Shown here piece by piece: positions 63,107 to 64,000 of a stretch of 64,000 bases of DNA (its first letter is position 1; every line of letters starts with the position of its first letter). The notes under the pieces were generated by a model, which saw nothing but the letters and a program-made list of their open reading frames with translations, was not told the origin of the DNA and made no database searches. Location of the stretch: positions 3,426,735 through 3,490,734 of the forward strand of contig CM082592.2 in assembly GCA_040954595.2 (NCBI GenBank), in the 5' to 3' direction. This DNA is from Balanoglossus misakiensis (taxonomy: Eukaryota > Animalia > Hemichordata). The translations under genes and the position numbers were made by a program.

Positions 63107-63632
63107 CTGCAAAATGGAGAAAAAAACATACATAATTTAAATGTAGTGGTTATCAATCAGAAATCAGGTCTGAGTAACATAATATTTCAGATAAGTATAA
63201 ATTTTGCAAAATTTGATCAGTTGCACTGAAGCAATCATGAATTATAAGTTAGTGTTCTATGATGCTGTTGGGCTAAAGATAAATTTGGAAGATACCTGAG
63301 TGATACAATGACGTGCACTTGAAATATTATGTACTAACATTAAAACGTGATTGCTCCAAGATATTTTTTATATCATCTGGTCTGTATTGTCAATGTGTAA
63401 AAATAATTCATGACATCCTTTACTTTTATATGCCACAATTGCTGATAAAGTTCTATCTGGTAGTCTAAGTTAAGAATTTGTGCTGCATCTTCAATGCATG
63501 GTCACTTCACAAAGTAACGACATATATGGCGGTATATGTGCTAGTCCTTTGAATATATAGAATTTGGACTTTGATATGGCAAAATGAAAATGGTTGACTT
63601 CAGTGCTTTGTCTTCAAAGTACATGTAGGTGT

Positions 63633-63663
<31 letters not shown>

Positions 63664-64000
63664 TTCACCCCCTGTCGACATGTTGGAACCCCCTAGCAAT
63701 TTGTCAGGGGGGACCTGAGTGCCCCCCTAAAATTATGTCATTCACATGTTGGAGATATTACATGTACAGCCCCTCTTGCCAGAGTGGAATCCCCTCCCCT
63801 CAATTTTCTGGCAAAGGGAGACATATCCCCCTGCTGATGACATCCTGAAAGGAACACAGTTCGTGTGAGGACTGGAAATACGAAGCTTTTCTTTTGAAAT
63901 GTTTGTCACTGTCAGTCGTTTGCGCTGAGATGTTGTGAGCTGAATCAGTCTCCAAGTCGAATAAACAAACGGATTGTAACTATCTGTACAGCACTTCAAG

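Noticed and set aside
63594-63999. ORFs at the window end as further exons of the TIR-HEAT gene
   Set aside because: Low-complexity or repeat-like sequence with no TIR N-terminal motif or compatible phase-0 donor.

Overview
Eukaryotic (metazoan, probably invertebrate deuterostome; taxon is inference) genomic DNA with six multi-exon protein-coding genes, all on the minus strand. I reconstructed the gene models by hand from splice sites and reading phase. (1) A 16-exon, ~966-aa type I membrane protein with two YWTD beta-propellers, EGF and Sushi domains and no LDL-A repeats. (2) A 10-exon SLC22 organic cation/carnitine-type transporter with a GC-AG first intron. (3) A family-B-like 7TM receptor with a somatomedin-B ectodomain and no visible GPS motif. 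(4) Mitochondrial thioredoxin reductase TXNRD2, with an in-frame UGA (Gly-Cys-Sec-Gly) and a type II SECIS about 1.46 kb downstream. (5) A FET-family (FUS/EWS/TAF15/cabeza) RNA-binding protein with a FUS-exon-7-like frameshifting exon between its two longest introns and several candidate cassette, micro- and poison exons. (6) The 3' part of an uncharacterised protein joining a TIR_2 domain with an NADase-type glutamate, a Cbl-like EF-hand segment and HEAT repeats. Introns and UTRs carry microsatellites, several MITE families (TA- and TTAA-flanked) and two long hairpins. Most ORFs in the supplied track are microsatellite, intronic or antisense artefacts.
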